A stretch of DNA of 60,611 bases from Selaginella moellendorffii (lineage: Eukaryota > Plantae > Lycopodiophyta): positions 1 to 60,611 of the forward strand of contig NW_003314411.1 in assembly GCF_000143415.4 (NCBI RefSeq). The letters run 5' to 3'. Position 1 is the first letter of the stretch. Each line of letters starts with the position of its first letter. Below the pieces are notes generated by a model, which was not told the DNA's origin, ran no database searches, and saw nothing but the letters and a program-made list of their open reading frames with translations. Made by a program: the position numbers and the translations under genes. Below, one piece after another: positions 12,523 through 25,029 of this stretch.

Positions 12523-13658
12523 TGTAGCGCACGTGGTTTTGACCCTTTATCCTATGGTGATTTACCATAGGATAACACCACGAAGCAGAACCTAAACCCT
12601 CTTTGTGCCATGTGACAGATGCCACGTGTCACATGCCACGTGTCCATAAGAACCTGAGGTTCAGGGCCTTGGGCCACTGAACAAAGGAACGATGCCAAAC
12701 TCCCAAGCATGGAGCCAAGGAGTGACGGAACCGATCCACGGAGCAACTCCCGAGCATAAAGCCCAAGGAGCGAAGGGACAGGAGCCCGGAGCGACTTGGA
12801 ACAGTCCTAGAGCAACTAGCATCCCAATGCCAGAACCAGCACGCAAAATGGAGCCAAACGGAGTTTGGCGCTATTTCAGCATACCGGTGGCCTAACGTGA
12901 GGATATGGGTACTCCACCAACTAGCATGGAATGGAACTTGGGCTTAGACCCAAGCCGGACGCAGAACAAGGATAGGCACGCAAGCAGGAGCTAGACTATG
13001 CCTCAGGTTGGTCGGCCATGCCCGACCTACCCACTATCCCTACTATATATTTGGAACCCCCCCACAGCCCCCCCCCCCCTTGAGGAACACATGCTTTGGG
13101 CTTTCACCCCAAGCCTCCCTTAGTATCAGGAGTTAGTCTCTGGGACAAGCTCGAAACTTACTAAATATGGAATGTCCCTAGATTGCGAATTTGGACATGG
13201 GACGAACACCATTGTGTTCAGGACGATCTCTACATTCCATAGATATGCCAAATGAGCAAATCTAGACACTTTCCATAAATAGCATTTGGGACCAAAATGA
13301 GACTAACACAAAGGGCATGATAGCGAGGGTGTTTGGCAGACACGGTAAACTATCATGTAGCAATATTGAGGGACCAATCTCAATACGCGAGGGTTCTTGT
13401 CAAGCCAGTGCAAGACAGAGCAAAAGAGAACTAACAAGCCGGGCCAAGTATGCTCAGCTAAATAGACACTTATGAATTCCTTCCTTATGCTCATCCGGCC
13501 AAGTACAAATGCAAAGTCCAGTTTACTAACACTTGAACAAGAGGGGCTAATAAAGGGTCCAGCAACACCGACCTCCTGCCATCGTGGCAGTAAGGTAAGA
13601 GTGTCTGTAAGGACTGGTCGACAAGTAACTTTCGATACCCGAAGTCACATTCACGACA
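12523..13658 (-). repeat. 3' LTR of element B
   Basis: Near-identical direct repeat of 18112-19266, adjacent to the PPT. Confidence 0.93.
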
Positions 13659-13670
13659 CTCTCCCCCCCT
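13659..13670 (-). promoter_or_regulatory. Polypurine tract
   Basis: AGGGGGGGAGAG on the minus strand immediately before the 3' LTR. Confidence 0.88.
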
Positions 13671-16600
13671 AGGGAAGATCGACGTCCTCGTCGATGCATA
13701 CTCGAGTCTAGAATACCGCCAAGGAAACAACTCCACAAAAAGTTCACGGTACTCACACTATGTGAGAAATGCACCAACTTAAATGAGTTAGGAGTAACCT
13801 CTTTGTCTAACGCGGATGCGCTACCAGCTCAGACACCTTCCGGCCATCGCCGACAAGGAAATGACCAACGGAGTCAGCCACCCTTGCTGCTCTGGGAGTC
13901 ACCCAGCTTACAAAAGTGTGATATGCCCCTGCCCGCAGGAACATAGAGAGAGAAGCCAGAGGCCCCAACCTCCTAAGCAAAGAAACCAAACCCGTCGGTA
14001 AGGTTTAGATAGACTACTGTAAACAGGCAGTTAGAGTTGTTTACACGGTCACGCCCTTTTAACGGAATAAGGAACATCGACAAAGAGGCGGGTTATGTGA
14101 CCAGTCGACAGTAGCTACCCCATGACTAGAGATTTCACTATGCACACGAAGTGCCGAAGCCAATCTGCCCATACTGGCCCAAACTCAAAGATCAATAGAT
14201 GGACAATATCAAAGTCAGAAACAATAATATCTTAGAAGCTTAATTATCAGTGATTATATCTTAAAGTAGAACACAAAAGTATTCTAAGCAAGTTATCATC
14301 CGATAAACCAGTATAATAGTGCAGGAACCACCAAGATCATTATAGTTGGTAAACATAAGATGCACCATCAACAAAATTCAATAGCAAGTATATCATCAAG
14401 TAAACTCAATGATAAAGTTTAACTATTAAAGATTGCAGATAGAATGCCAAACAACTTACCAAAGAAAACTCAAAGAACACAAAGTATCATCAACTGGCAA
14501 GCAAAATGCTTGCGAATGTATCACCCGGAGGAAATAACATTCCAATCTATCAGAACAAACTTGAGCAACAATCAACAAAGGAGAATGAATGCGGTAAGAC
14601 CAACAAACACTCATTCCTGCCAACTATCACAAAAGTTAATCCAAATAGATCCCAGCCAACAATACCAAGGAATTCAAGTTGCCTAAGCAAGTGTCAGCAA
14701 CATCCTACTGATGTCTCAAACCCAAAAGACCAATCCAAAGCAAACCACAAAGAACATGTGGTATTGTGAAAAGCCACAAGCCATCAAAGAGAACAATTAA
14801 CCACCATAAAAGATCATCAATCATTCTATCAATAGAGAAATGCATAATCATCATTAAAGAAAGAATCTACTATCCCGAAGAATAGCAAATTATTCTATAC
14901 TAACAATAATCAAGTAAAACCCTTGATAAGGATAATCAACTATCTTAGATGATAGTCAATCATCACCAATGATTGCTAGATGCAAAGACTAACGTCAACA
15001 TCGAAGCTAATGAGCCAAAATGCCTTCCCCCAACAACTCCTAACAAATGGAACAATGAGCATAAAAACTCAAATAACCAAAAGCTCGAAGAAGTTTATAG
15101 CCAAGTCTTGCCTAATAATGATCACGAGTCTCGCATGGACTAACGTCAATGCTAAGAAGAAATCATGGTACAACCCACAATATCCTCCTCAACACATCTA
15201 TAAGCTAAACTTCATAATGCAAAGCTAATGAAGAGCATGTTTGCATCAATCCAAAAGCTAAGCATAACAAAGCTACACTCAACAAGTGATCATCAAACGA
15301 TCCTCCATGAATCCATCTATAGCAAGACGTAACTCACATCATAACAAGCACAAGAAGAATCATCAATTATCGATATATTCCAACTCAAATCCAATAAGGA
15401 TTCAAATATTCCAATATCAATCACTAACTCTTCATCCCGTAAAGTTAGTGTTATCCACGACTAAATCACTTTTCAAGGAAAAGCTGAAGCTCAACCCCTA
15501 CTAAATAACTTTGTCTAGAACACAACTAACTCAAACTTGTCACTTAGTTCATTTGAACGTCAACATAGTTGCTAACTAGCAAATGTACAAATGCCAATAA
15601 CACAAAGCCATAGCCAAATCATCAACACTATCTTCATTAAGACTAATGAAACTCGACATCAATCTTGCGGAGAGACATCTCATTTCACTAAAATCTCAAC
15701 CTCAATAATGTCAACGACAAGGCATCACTTCAATGCCATCAACACTAGAACAAAGCTAGAAGAAAGCACGAGTGTATCGCCACTCAAAGCTCTCTAGCAA
15801 CCAAGATAACCAAGATCAAAGATACTTTAGTTAGTATCTGAGACCAATCCTTCAACAATACTCAATTACAGATAACACTTCATCAAGGAGTGAATCACCA
15901 CTTCCAAGACTCAATGAAATCCAACACCACGAACTAAACACAACCAAATGATATTGATAGAGATAGAGTCGATATGTTAACATGGAAAACCCATGTAAGT
16001 CTAACGACACAATCCTCCGCAACACCATCCGGTAAAGCAAGCCTATCACTGCTAAATCATCATCGAGCGAAGCAAGTGTCAACAGTCCTCGACGAAGTCT
16101 ACAAGCAATCACTAGTCGCAAAGTAACTAACAACTAACTCCAGACTCTATCCAACTCAATTGCCTTAGCCCCAAAAGTTAGCATCCCTTTTGGGCCGCAT
16201 CATACAAACTATCTACTAAGGTCTAAGCTAACCGAAGTCAACTCCAACCCTTTCAATAGTTTGTATTGGCTTACGAAAACGGAATGGTTTTCGGACAAAG
16301 TGATAATAGATCAGCTATTGGAAAAGTCTAAGAAAATTTGTGGAAAATCTTTCCATTCTAGAAAAAGAATGACTCTTAGTCTAGGAATGCAAACTTTCAA
16401 GACTCAACCAATTTCCTCCTACCAACAACTTCACATAGGTTCACCTCAACACAAATTCTCATGACCCATAGTATGCTTAATCCTCAAACATCTTTTTGCC
16501 CATACCTCCGACATCCGTAAAATGCAAATGGAACATCCAAGGCTTGATCACGAAGACCACATCTTCGGATATCCACATTGCACTAACACTCTTCTTCAAC

Positions 16601-18097
16601 CACTTTCAAGATCCAATGTGAAGCCAAAACACTAACAAGAAAAATGACATGGAAAATCAAGCTCTAAGGAAACTTCCTCATCACTCAAAATAACAATGCC
16701 ACTTCCACTAACACAAGTGCTAGCAATGTCAATGCCTCAACTACACACTTTCTCCATCCAATAATCTACTCCAAGTGCTAACGGATCAATCGATGAGCTA
16801 TAACAAATGAATGCTATAACCCTTTTCCAACACCTTAGTGGGCAAACTCAAGGAAACAAGGTACCAACTTAAGCTTAGCATAATGGACTACCATCGAGAA
16901 CCCAGTCAAAGCTACTACAATGCTACTACATGCAAGTAGACTAGCCTCACCATCAACCACTTTGGGGTTGATCATCGTTTAACCAAGCAACTTCGTAAAC
17001 ACATTGCTCATTATCACATGGATATGATATAGGTATCACAATGACTTGATCATCAATTGAGTAACACAACGAGCAATGCCAATGCCATTACTTCAAAGGT
17101 TTATGTGATTATCAAGTGCTAACTCGATTCGACAAAATGCAACATAAATGCTACACTCCACCGATAAAGATTTACAACACTGAACACCACCAACTTTTGT
17201 TCACAACACGGACAAGCTCATGCCACTCGCTTTTCGACCAAACTCAAAACTAATCCAACACCAAACTACTCAAGGAGCAATAGCAAGGTTCCCCGGAAAA
17301 GAATTGAGCATTGCAACCCAAGTCTTCCAATAGTAAGCCTAGACAAAATGGTTTAGCACTTCACCGCTATCCATCCCACAACTCACCATTTGTAAGACCA
17401 TCATCTCCAAGATGCATCAAGGTAAGGACTCTTGATTGCATGATGTGAACACGAGCAATAAGTTAACACCTCGTTGCAAATCATCTCTCCAAGAAGAGAA
17501 GATGATTTACGTGTTTGATCCTCCGTCCCTGATGACTCTCTTTTCGGTCTCATCTTTGACCAAACCTCAAGCTTGCTTCCGCACTGCCTTCAGTCCAATC
17601 CAAGAAAAGTTTATGAAAGAGCACGGCACTGATTACTTGAATCAATAGACTCATCCTTACAGTCTTGATTGATTCACTTGTAATCATGCCTAGGAAAGAT
17701 CCACTAGTGCCATGCTAAACAACTACGGACCAGCCTATTTGCCACTCATAGCAAACTCAGGGAGGTTTGCTTTCACCCATGGTACAAGGAACAACTCATG
17801 GAACCACTAATAGGCTAACATTAATCCCACCAACTCAAAGTATAACCTTGAGTTACTAATGTGCCTCACTCACGAGCCCAAGCTCAAACTCGTGTGAACG
17901 AAACATCTCAAATCCATCCTATGAGCCCAAGAGCAAGCTCACATTATTAGGTATAAAAGGTAACCAAAACCATACCCAAGGAACGAATGTGAACCCTTTG
18001 CACCAAACATGTACCCACTCGGATCATCGTTTTCATCTCTGCGTATGCAACGAGACTAGTTGCCCAATCTCATTGAATAGTACTCGCTGAGACTCAT

Positions 18098-18109
18098 CCT
18101 CTGATACCA
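18098..18109 (-). promoter_or_regulatory. Primer binding site (tRNA-iMet type)
   Basis: cctctgatacca is the reverse complement of TGGTATCAGAGG. Confidence 0.9.
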
Positions 18110-18111
18110 AA

Positions 18112-19266
18112 TGTAGCGCACGTGGTTTTGACCCTTTATCCTATGGTGATTTACCATAGGATAACACCACGAAGCGGAACCTAAACCCTCTTTGTGCCAC
18201 ATGACAGATGCCACGTGTCACATGCCACGTGTCCATGCCACGTGTCCATAAGAACCTGAGGTTCAAGGCCTTGGGCCACTGAACAAAGGAACGATGCCAA
18301 ACTCCCAAGCATGGAGCCAAGGAGTGACGGAACCGAACCACGGAGCAACTCCCGAGCATAAAGCCCAAGGAGCGAAGGGACAGGAGCCCGGAGCGACTTG
18401 GAACAGTCCTGGAGCAACTAGCATCCCAATGCCAGGAGCAGCACGCAAAATGGAGCCAAACGGAGTCTGGCGCTATTTCGGCATACCGGTGGCCTAACGT
18501 GAGGATATGGGTACTCCACCAACTAGCATGGAATGGAACTTGGGCTTAGACCCAAGCCGGACACAAAACAAGGACAGGCACGCAAGCAGGAGCTAGACTA
18601 TGCCTCAGGTTGGTCGGCCATGCCCGACCTACCCACTATCCCTTCTATACATTTGGAACCCCCCCACAGCCCCCCCCCCCCCCCCCCTTGAGGAACACAC
18701 GCTTTGGGCTTTCACCCCAAGCCTCCCTTAATATCAGGAGTTAGTCTCTGGGACAAGCTCGAAACTTACTAAATATGGAATGTCCCTAGATTGCGAATTT
18801 GGACATGGGACGAACACCATTGTGTTCAGGACGATCTCTACATTCCATAGATATGCCAAATGAGCAAATCTAGACACTTTCCATAAATAGCATTTGGGAC
18901 CAAAATGAGACTAACACAAAGGGCATGATAGCGAGGGTGTTTGGCAGACACGGTAAGCTATCATGTAGCGATATTGAGGGACCAATCTCAATACGCGAGG
19001 GTTCTTGTCAAGCCAGTGCAAGACAGAGCAAAAGAGAACTAACAAGCCGGGCCAAGTATGCTCAGCTAAATAGACACTTAGGAATTCCTTCCTTATGCTC
19101 ATCCGGCCAAGTACAGATGCAAAGTCCAGTTTACTAACACTTGAACAAGAGGGGCTAATAAAGGGTCCAGCAATACCGACCTCCTGCCATCGTGGCAGTA
19201 AGGTAAGAGTGTCCTTAAGGACTGGTCGACAGGTAACTTTCGATACCCGAAGTCACATTCGCGACA
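18112..19266 (-). repeat. 5' LTR of element B
   Basis: TG...CA termini on the minus strand, followed by the PBS. Confidence 0.93.
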
Positions 19267-22200
19267 ATTTGCTAGGCTGCTTGTATGTTCCTCTGACCAT
19301 TGTCTTGGATCCATGAGATGCAAGAGTTGTGCATCCTTGCTAGATTCCACAAGTAGAGTCATTGGGTACCCAAGGAGTGCCTCTCATGGACTCATCCTAA
19401 TGCTCTTCTACCTTGTTAATTTGTACACTAGCAAGCATAAGGAATCACTTCCTCCCAATTCTTAACATTTTTTCTTATCTGTGCAACTTGATGGCTTTAG
19501 TGAGTGTTCTAACAAAATTTTCAACCAATCCATTTGCCCTGGGCCAGTAGGCTAAAGTATTTTGGTGCCAAATCCTTCCTATCTTTAAGTTGGCATTTAA
19601 CTTACTACCAAATTCTCGGTTGTTATCTAATAAGACTTTTGCTAGTGCCCTATACTAGAAAACCACATCCTTGAAAAACCATCAACTTAATTCAGTGGCC
19701 TCCTTCAATTAGAGTGGAGTTGGTGCATTTGACAAACCAAAAAGCATCCAAAGGAACTGAAAGAAACCTTGTTTGTGTGACAAATATATGTCTAATGTGT
19801 GACCTATCTACCAGTAGGTTGAGTGAAGATTAATGATGGAGAAAACTCAAGATTGCCCCACTCAATTGAGCATCGTATCAATCTGAGGTATAAGATGTAC
19901 ATCTTTTGTTGTGACATTGTTTAACGGCTTGTAGTTGATACATGTAAACTCTTAAATTTAAACTTCTCAGGAGATCACTTAAAAAAAATGAGCACTTGGG
20001 AAAAGTCTCTCAAATTGTTCCTTTTAATTGTTTATAATCCACCACGCTTTTCTACAAATTCATGTCTTCGTAAACAGAAGCTAAGAGCCACAGCTCTTCC
20101 AAGAGTCTCACTCTCTTGACACCCTACCCCTCGAATTGAGCCCAACCAAAGGCAAATTGAATTTGCCAGATGTCAACTTCAATATATAGTGTGATTTCTT
20201 TAGCCAATCAATAGAATTGGACTTGAGACTTATCTAATACCAAATATAAGTTCTTAAATTTAGACTTCTTGGGAGGTCACCTAACCTAGTACTATTCAAA
20301 CCCAAAGATATTTAACCCCAAATATCCCATGACCCTTAACCAATTAAAAAAAAGGGTGCACTCTTATTCATAAATCATTTCCCTTTATATTTAAATATTT
20401 ATGAATCATCGTTCTCTTTGGTTGCTTATAATACACATCTAAAGACTTCCATTCTACTTAGGTGCAAGCACTACAAGAACACACCATAGAGATCATGACG
20501 ACTCTATCACCCTTGATCATAACATAAAGTCCACACTATTGTTAATTACTTTAGTCTCCACCTCAGAGTACCGATATACCTATTTCTTTATCAAAGTAAC
20601 ATCTACAACCTTAATTTGGTGTTTGACTAAGGGAGTAACATTCAACTCCCATCCCATCTGCTGGAATACTAACCTGTGCTAAGCAATCATTTTCCAACTA
20701 GCATAACAAATTTAGTCTTCTCTTGGCTGTCCAATATGAGACTAACCTACTAGTAGGCCAAATGAAGATTAATGATGGAGAAGACTTGTGACTGCCCATT
20801 TGATCTAGATTGTGTCAATCTGAGGCATAGAATGTGCATCTTTTGTCGTGACATCATTTAACAGCTTGTAGTTGATACACATCTGGAGACTTCCATCCTA
20901 CTTAGGTGCAAGAATTGTAGGAAAACACCATGGAGAGACTGATAGCTTTATCACCCTTGCTTGCAGCATAAAGTCCACATTGTCATTGATTGCTTTAATC
21001 TCCACCTCAAAGTACCAATATGCTTTTTTTTTTTATCAAGGTAGCATCTAGAGTCTCAATTTGGTGCCTGACCAGGGGAGTAACATTCAACTCCCATCCC
21101 ATCTTCTAGAATACTAATTTGTGCCGAGAAATCATTTTCTCTGTCCTTTCCATCATACTAGCATTCACTAGAGCCAAATTCCTAAATTTCACATTCACTA
21201 GGAATCTTAGCATCTCATCCTCTTCAACAACTAGCTTGACACCCTTTTCAAAAGATTGCTTACTTCTTCCTAGCCCATAATTTTAGTGTTTTTTGTCCAC
21301 AATATCCACTCTGTGCAACTATCTCTTCCACCAATGCTTCCACCAAAGATTTGGCTATATTCTATAATGCCTTTTCCACTAGAGAAAACTCCATCAACCT
21401 ACTGGTTAGGTAGATTGTCCACCCCTTAATGTTATAGTCCAAGTGGATTGTCATTGGGACATAGAGCTTCTCCCCTTCACTACCAAAGAATTGAAAGATT
21501 CTTTTATGAGGCTTCAAGTACCCATTCAAGAGTAAATAAGCCTTCAGCCCGAATAGCATGAAGTAGTAGCCTAGTGATTCATAAGCATAGTGACCAAGAT
21601 TTTTTTTGCCCTAACTTGAATCAGCAAATCCCAAATGAACCCCAAGATATGCATAGCTTGCACCAATAACCACTAAGCTCCACCAAATGCTCCAACTTGA
21701 GGCATTTCACAACCTCCTAGTTAAGGATAAATTGGTTAGCAATAGAATTTTGCAATGCCTCAACCTTCTGACCATAAATCACTATTTCCATGATCACATG
21801 AGGTCATACTAGATGATCCTTCTAGAACACAGTGAAGATACCAATATTTTCACTCTAAATCTTGTTCCATTTGGCCTTGACTCTATGCTGATCTTCATCC
21901 ACTTGCTTCACAAGTAGTCTTAGGACTTTTTGGCTATTATTGGTGGTGAGAATTTGTTGGAGCTAAAACTATACAAAAGATTCTTATATATACTTCATCA
22001 TCTCTTTAGTTTCAAACTTCGGCTCCCTTGGAGGAGGCTTTATCCCTTTTTCCACAACCTTGGCCCTTGCAACTACAGCCTTTTTATTATGTTTTTCCAT
22101 TCTCCTATATTATTCTCAAGTATGAATTGCACATAATTGCAGATCCTCCTTCAGAATCTAGTTTATTTATCTCTTCTAGCTCCATATTACCAACCTCATT

Positions 22201-22640
22201 GAGTTCCTCAATTATGACTATGTTAGCAGCTGAATTCCTTTGGTTAAGAGGGCAACCCTTAACCCAATTATGTCCTTCACATTTGAAACATTTACCCTAC
22301 CTATTACTCTGGTCTTGATATGCCACTTTTTTACCAAAGGTCACCATTTGATAGTGCATTTTGGTAAGTTAGGCTTTTGTCTCTTGTGTAAGGGTTGTGA
22401 TCAAGCTCTTGACCTCCTCTAGCATCTTTTTTGTAATAGCATTTTTCACATTTTTCGATTGTCACACAGATTCCGCTACTTTTTCCACCTTAGTGTTTCA
22501 TAAAAGCATTTTTAGAGTATAAACTCAATTGCCTACATCACTGCTTGTGCATATGATTCTTGCAAGCTGTTCTTCATGCCATCCCTTAATAAAGTTTTTA
22601 ATCCTTCTATGAAATACTTCTTAAGACACCAATTAGTAAC
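19267..22640 (-). mobile_element. Degenerate Ty3/gypsy gag-pol (host element), with internal duplications and deletions
   Basis: Integrase core (LLDNNREF..HQNTLAYWPRANGLVE, NWEEVIP) at about 19300-19690. The RT motif CINYKPLN..TKD occurs twice (about 19800-19945 and 20740-20885). Many stops. Confidence 0.8.
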
Positions 22641-22658
22641 CATAGATAGTCCTAATTA

Positions 22659-22671
22659 CACTACAAGAAAA
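22659..22671 (+). repeat. CACTA/En-Spm-type terminal sequence (orphan end)
   Basis: Exact CACTACAAGAAAA followed by repeated TTAGC motifs. No convincing partner TIR. Confidence 0.4.
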
Positions 22672-24135
22672 CTTGATTTAGCCAATCATTAGCTATATGT
22701 TAGCTACTTTGATTTAGCAAAGTCTTTGCTCTAACCAAGGCCAAGAAACACTGACTACTCCTATGCGAAATTCTTGCAAGTTACAATAGAAATAAACAAG
22801 GATTATTTAATGAAATTGTTCAAGAATACATTATTCCTAGTGGCCAATTATGAGTTACACAAAGCTTTCCAAAAACTAAAAAACCAATTACAATTTTACT
22901 AGCACTCATAATCTCCTTATTGTTCACTAAAAATCACTTTAGAAACACTTTTAAATGTTTTTAAACACTGTTAATCACTTCAAGAAAAGGGTGAAGCCTA
23001 GTATAACACTTCTTTATTGTCACCTTTCTTTTTATAGTCAACTCTCTTACCGCTTTAAATCTTTATTGTCCTGAAGTGTAGATTCTCTTCCCACAACTCC
23101 TAGAAAATATCCACACATCTCCACATCACACCCTAAATGCCATGTCAATCAAATATAACTTCAATTATTTCCAAGATTTAGACAGCATTGGCATGCATAT
23201 TGGTTAGAACCACATGAATTACACTTTTTAACTTATTCTAGGAAATGCTTTCAACTCTATGAACCACCCATTAGATGATGAGCTTTTAAATGAGGATATG
23301 AAATCAAAAAGAGAAATGCATAGTAGATTCATACTCTTGTACCCATTGATTATCAATTAAAGAAATGCTTGCACACAAGAATTTTGTGCATGGAAAGTAA
23401 TAAAAATAGTTATTGCTAAAGGGAACTAAAATAAGTGGTATGTACTTTTTATTTTAATCAATTGTTTCTAGCTACTAAACAATCATTAGTTTACAGCATG
23501 GCAACCAACATAAGGGAATTGAGATTTGCAAGGCCTGGCTTTAGAATCTAGAGATGTGATTAGATCCTTTTTCTTTCATATAGTTAGAGCTACAAAAAGG
23601 TTACAAGGAGCCAACTTGTACTTTGAGCAGATTAGCTCCAGTGATGGAAAGACTGAGAAAGGATGCGTGCACACATGCGTCTCTTCACTTTCAATGGCCT
23701 ACAAAGAAGAAACTTTTGGCTCATGAGTGAAAGAAAAGCTGATTTGATCACCTTTGCTTGGCTCTACACTGTCAAAACAAGCTGTGTGATCAACAATAGC
23801 TTTAAAATCCGCCGCTTCTTCACAGTGTTCGTGAACCAAAAGCTCCAGCAAGGGCCATTTGAAGACGGACGACCAACGTATGCTTTTCTACCAAGGCGTC
23901 CATACCGAAAGCCATGGCTGTTCCTTATCTAAGAAAAAAAAAGAAAAGAACAAAGAGAAAGGATAGAAGAAAATCGAAGAGAGAGCTCTTACCGCTCGTT
24001 CGCTTTGGAAGTGCACACAAAGTCCGTTCCACTGCACTAGCTGAGAAACCATTCGATTCAATCGATTTCCATCTGATAATACACGTGGCACTATATAGGC
24101 AGTTTGATCCAAGCTATAAGTCATCAGTGTCATAT

Positions 24136-24640
24136 ACCTGGAAAATAAATCGCATCCTGTTAGCACAGCACAAACGAAAACATTTGATTCGTGGCTTACT
24201 TTTCTGGGGAAGGGATCTTGCTCGTCTACAGCAGTCAGCTTCTTCGTGATCAGGAATAGCAATGTCTTACTATTACTGTTGAATTTAGGAAAAACGTTTC
24301 GTGCGTACTGCTCCGAGTCCCCATCCTTTTGATTGAGTCTTTATGTGTTCCTCTTGTAAAGGAACGGCTTCACCAGACCCAAGTTCTTGTCCTGTGCTTA
24401 ACAAGTTAAGGAGATGGAGATTTTTCTCTTTTGTTACATTTCTAAAGGTTTTCATGACTGGTAAGGCAGCGTTGGAGATCCGTGATGTTGCGACTGTTGG
24501 ACACAGTAACCAACTCCATATAGCTCTGCAAGTTGTGAGGAATCTAAAATACTGACGGTAGAAACTTCAAGCTACCTGACAGCATCCTTTCAAATTCCCC
24601 TGGATGATGGAGGGAGTGTACTTTGGGACCACACGCCACT
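24136..24640 (-). pseudogene. Deletion-compressed copy of the CSN3 3' half
   Basis: Colinear patches match 43428-44210 including intron pieces (KKLTAVDEQ, DKNLGL, ITDLQRCLTSHE). Confidence 0.85.
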
Positions 24641-24649
24641 GGAGATGAG

Positions 24650-24965
24650 GGAAATTGCCAGCATGCTGAAACATAAAAACTCAGAAGAGAAAAATACAGA
24701 CATTCACTTACAACATTAAACAGCCATGCAACTTCATTGAGCATGGTTATCACGATGCCAGTAGCACCAGCTGCGGAAAGTTTCTTTCTCGCATCCGAGA
24801 ACTTCGTTGCAACATCAACACCAGTGTAAATCAAATTGTACACTCTGGGCGGACAAGGTCTCCAATCTCGTCAACCAAGTTGCGATCAACAAAAGTGAGT
24901 TGAATCTCCTTGGCTGACAAGGTTCACCTGAGCTCCTCCGCACCATCATGGGTGACAAGAAACTG
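24650..24965 (-). pseudogene. Xaa-Pro aminopeptidase (aminopeptidase P) internal fragment
   Basis: YTGVDVATKFSDARKKLSAAGATGIVITMLNEVAWLFNV and NLVDEI, with a stop and deletions. Confidence 0.8.
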
Positions 24966-25029
24966 TCAAGACAATAACTACATCAGAACGGAGGTTTAGA
25001 AAAGCAAAAGAAAAACTGTAGCTCAAAAA

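Larger units (their letters stand above)
12523..19266 (-). mobile_element. Element B: complete non-autonomous (LARD-like, gypsy-derived) LTR retrotransposon
   Basis: 5' LTR 18112-19266, PBS 18098-18109, PPT 13659-13670, 3' LTR 12523-13658. No long ORF; faint integrase C-terminal relic near 13800-14060. No matching TSD. Confidence 0.9.

Noticed and set aside
23640-24060. Possible further captured gene fragments
   Set aside because: Splice-like signals are present but no product could be recognised.
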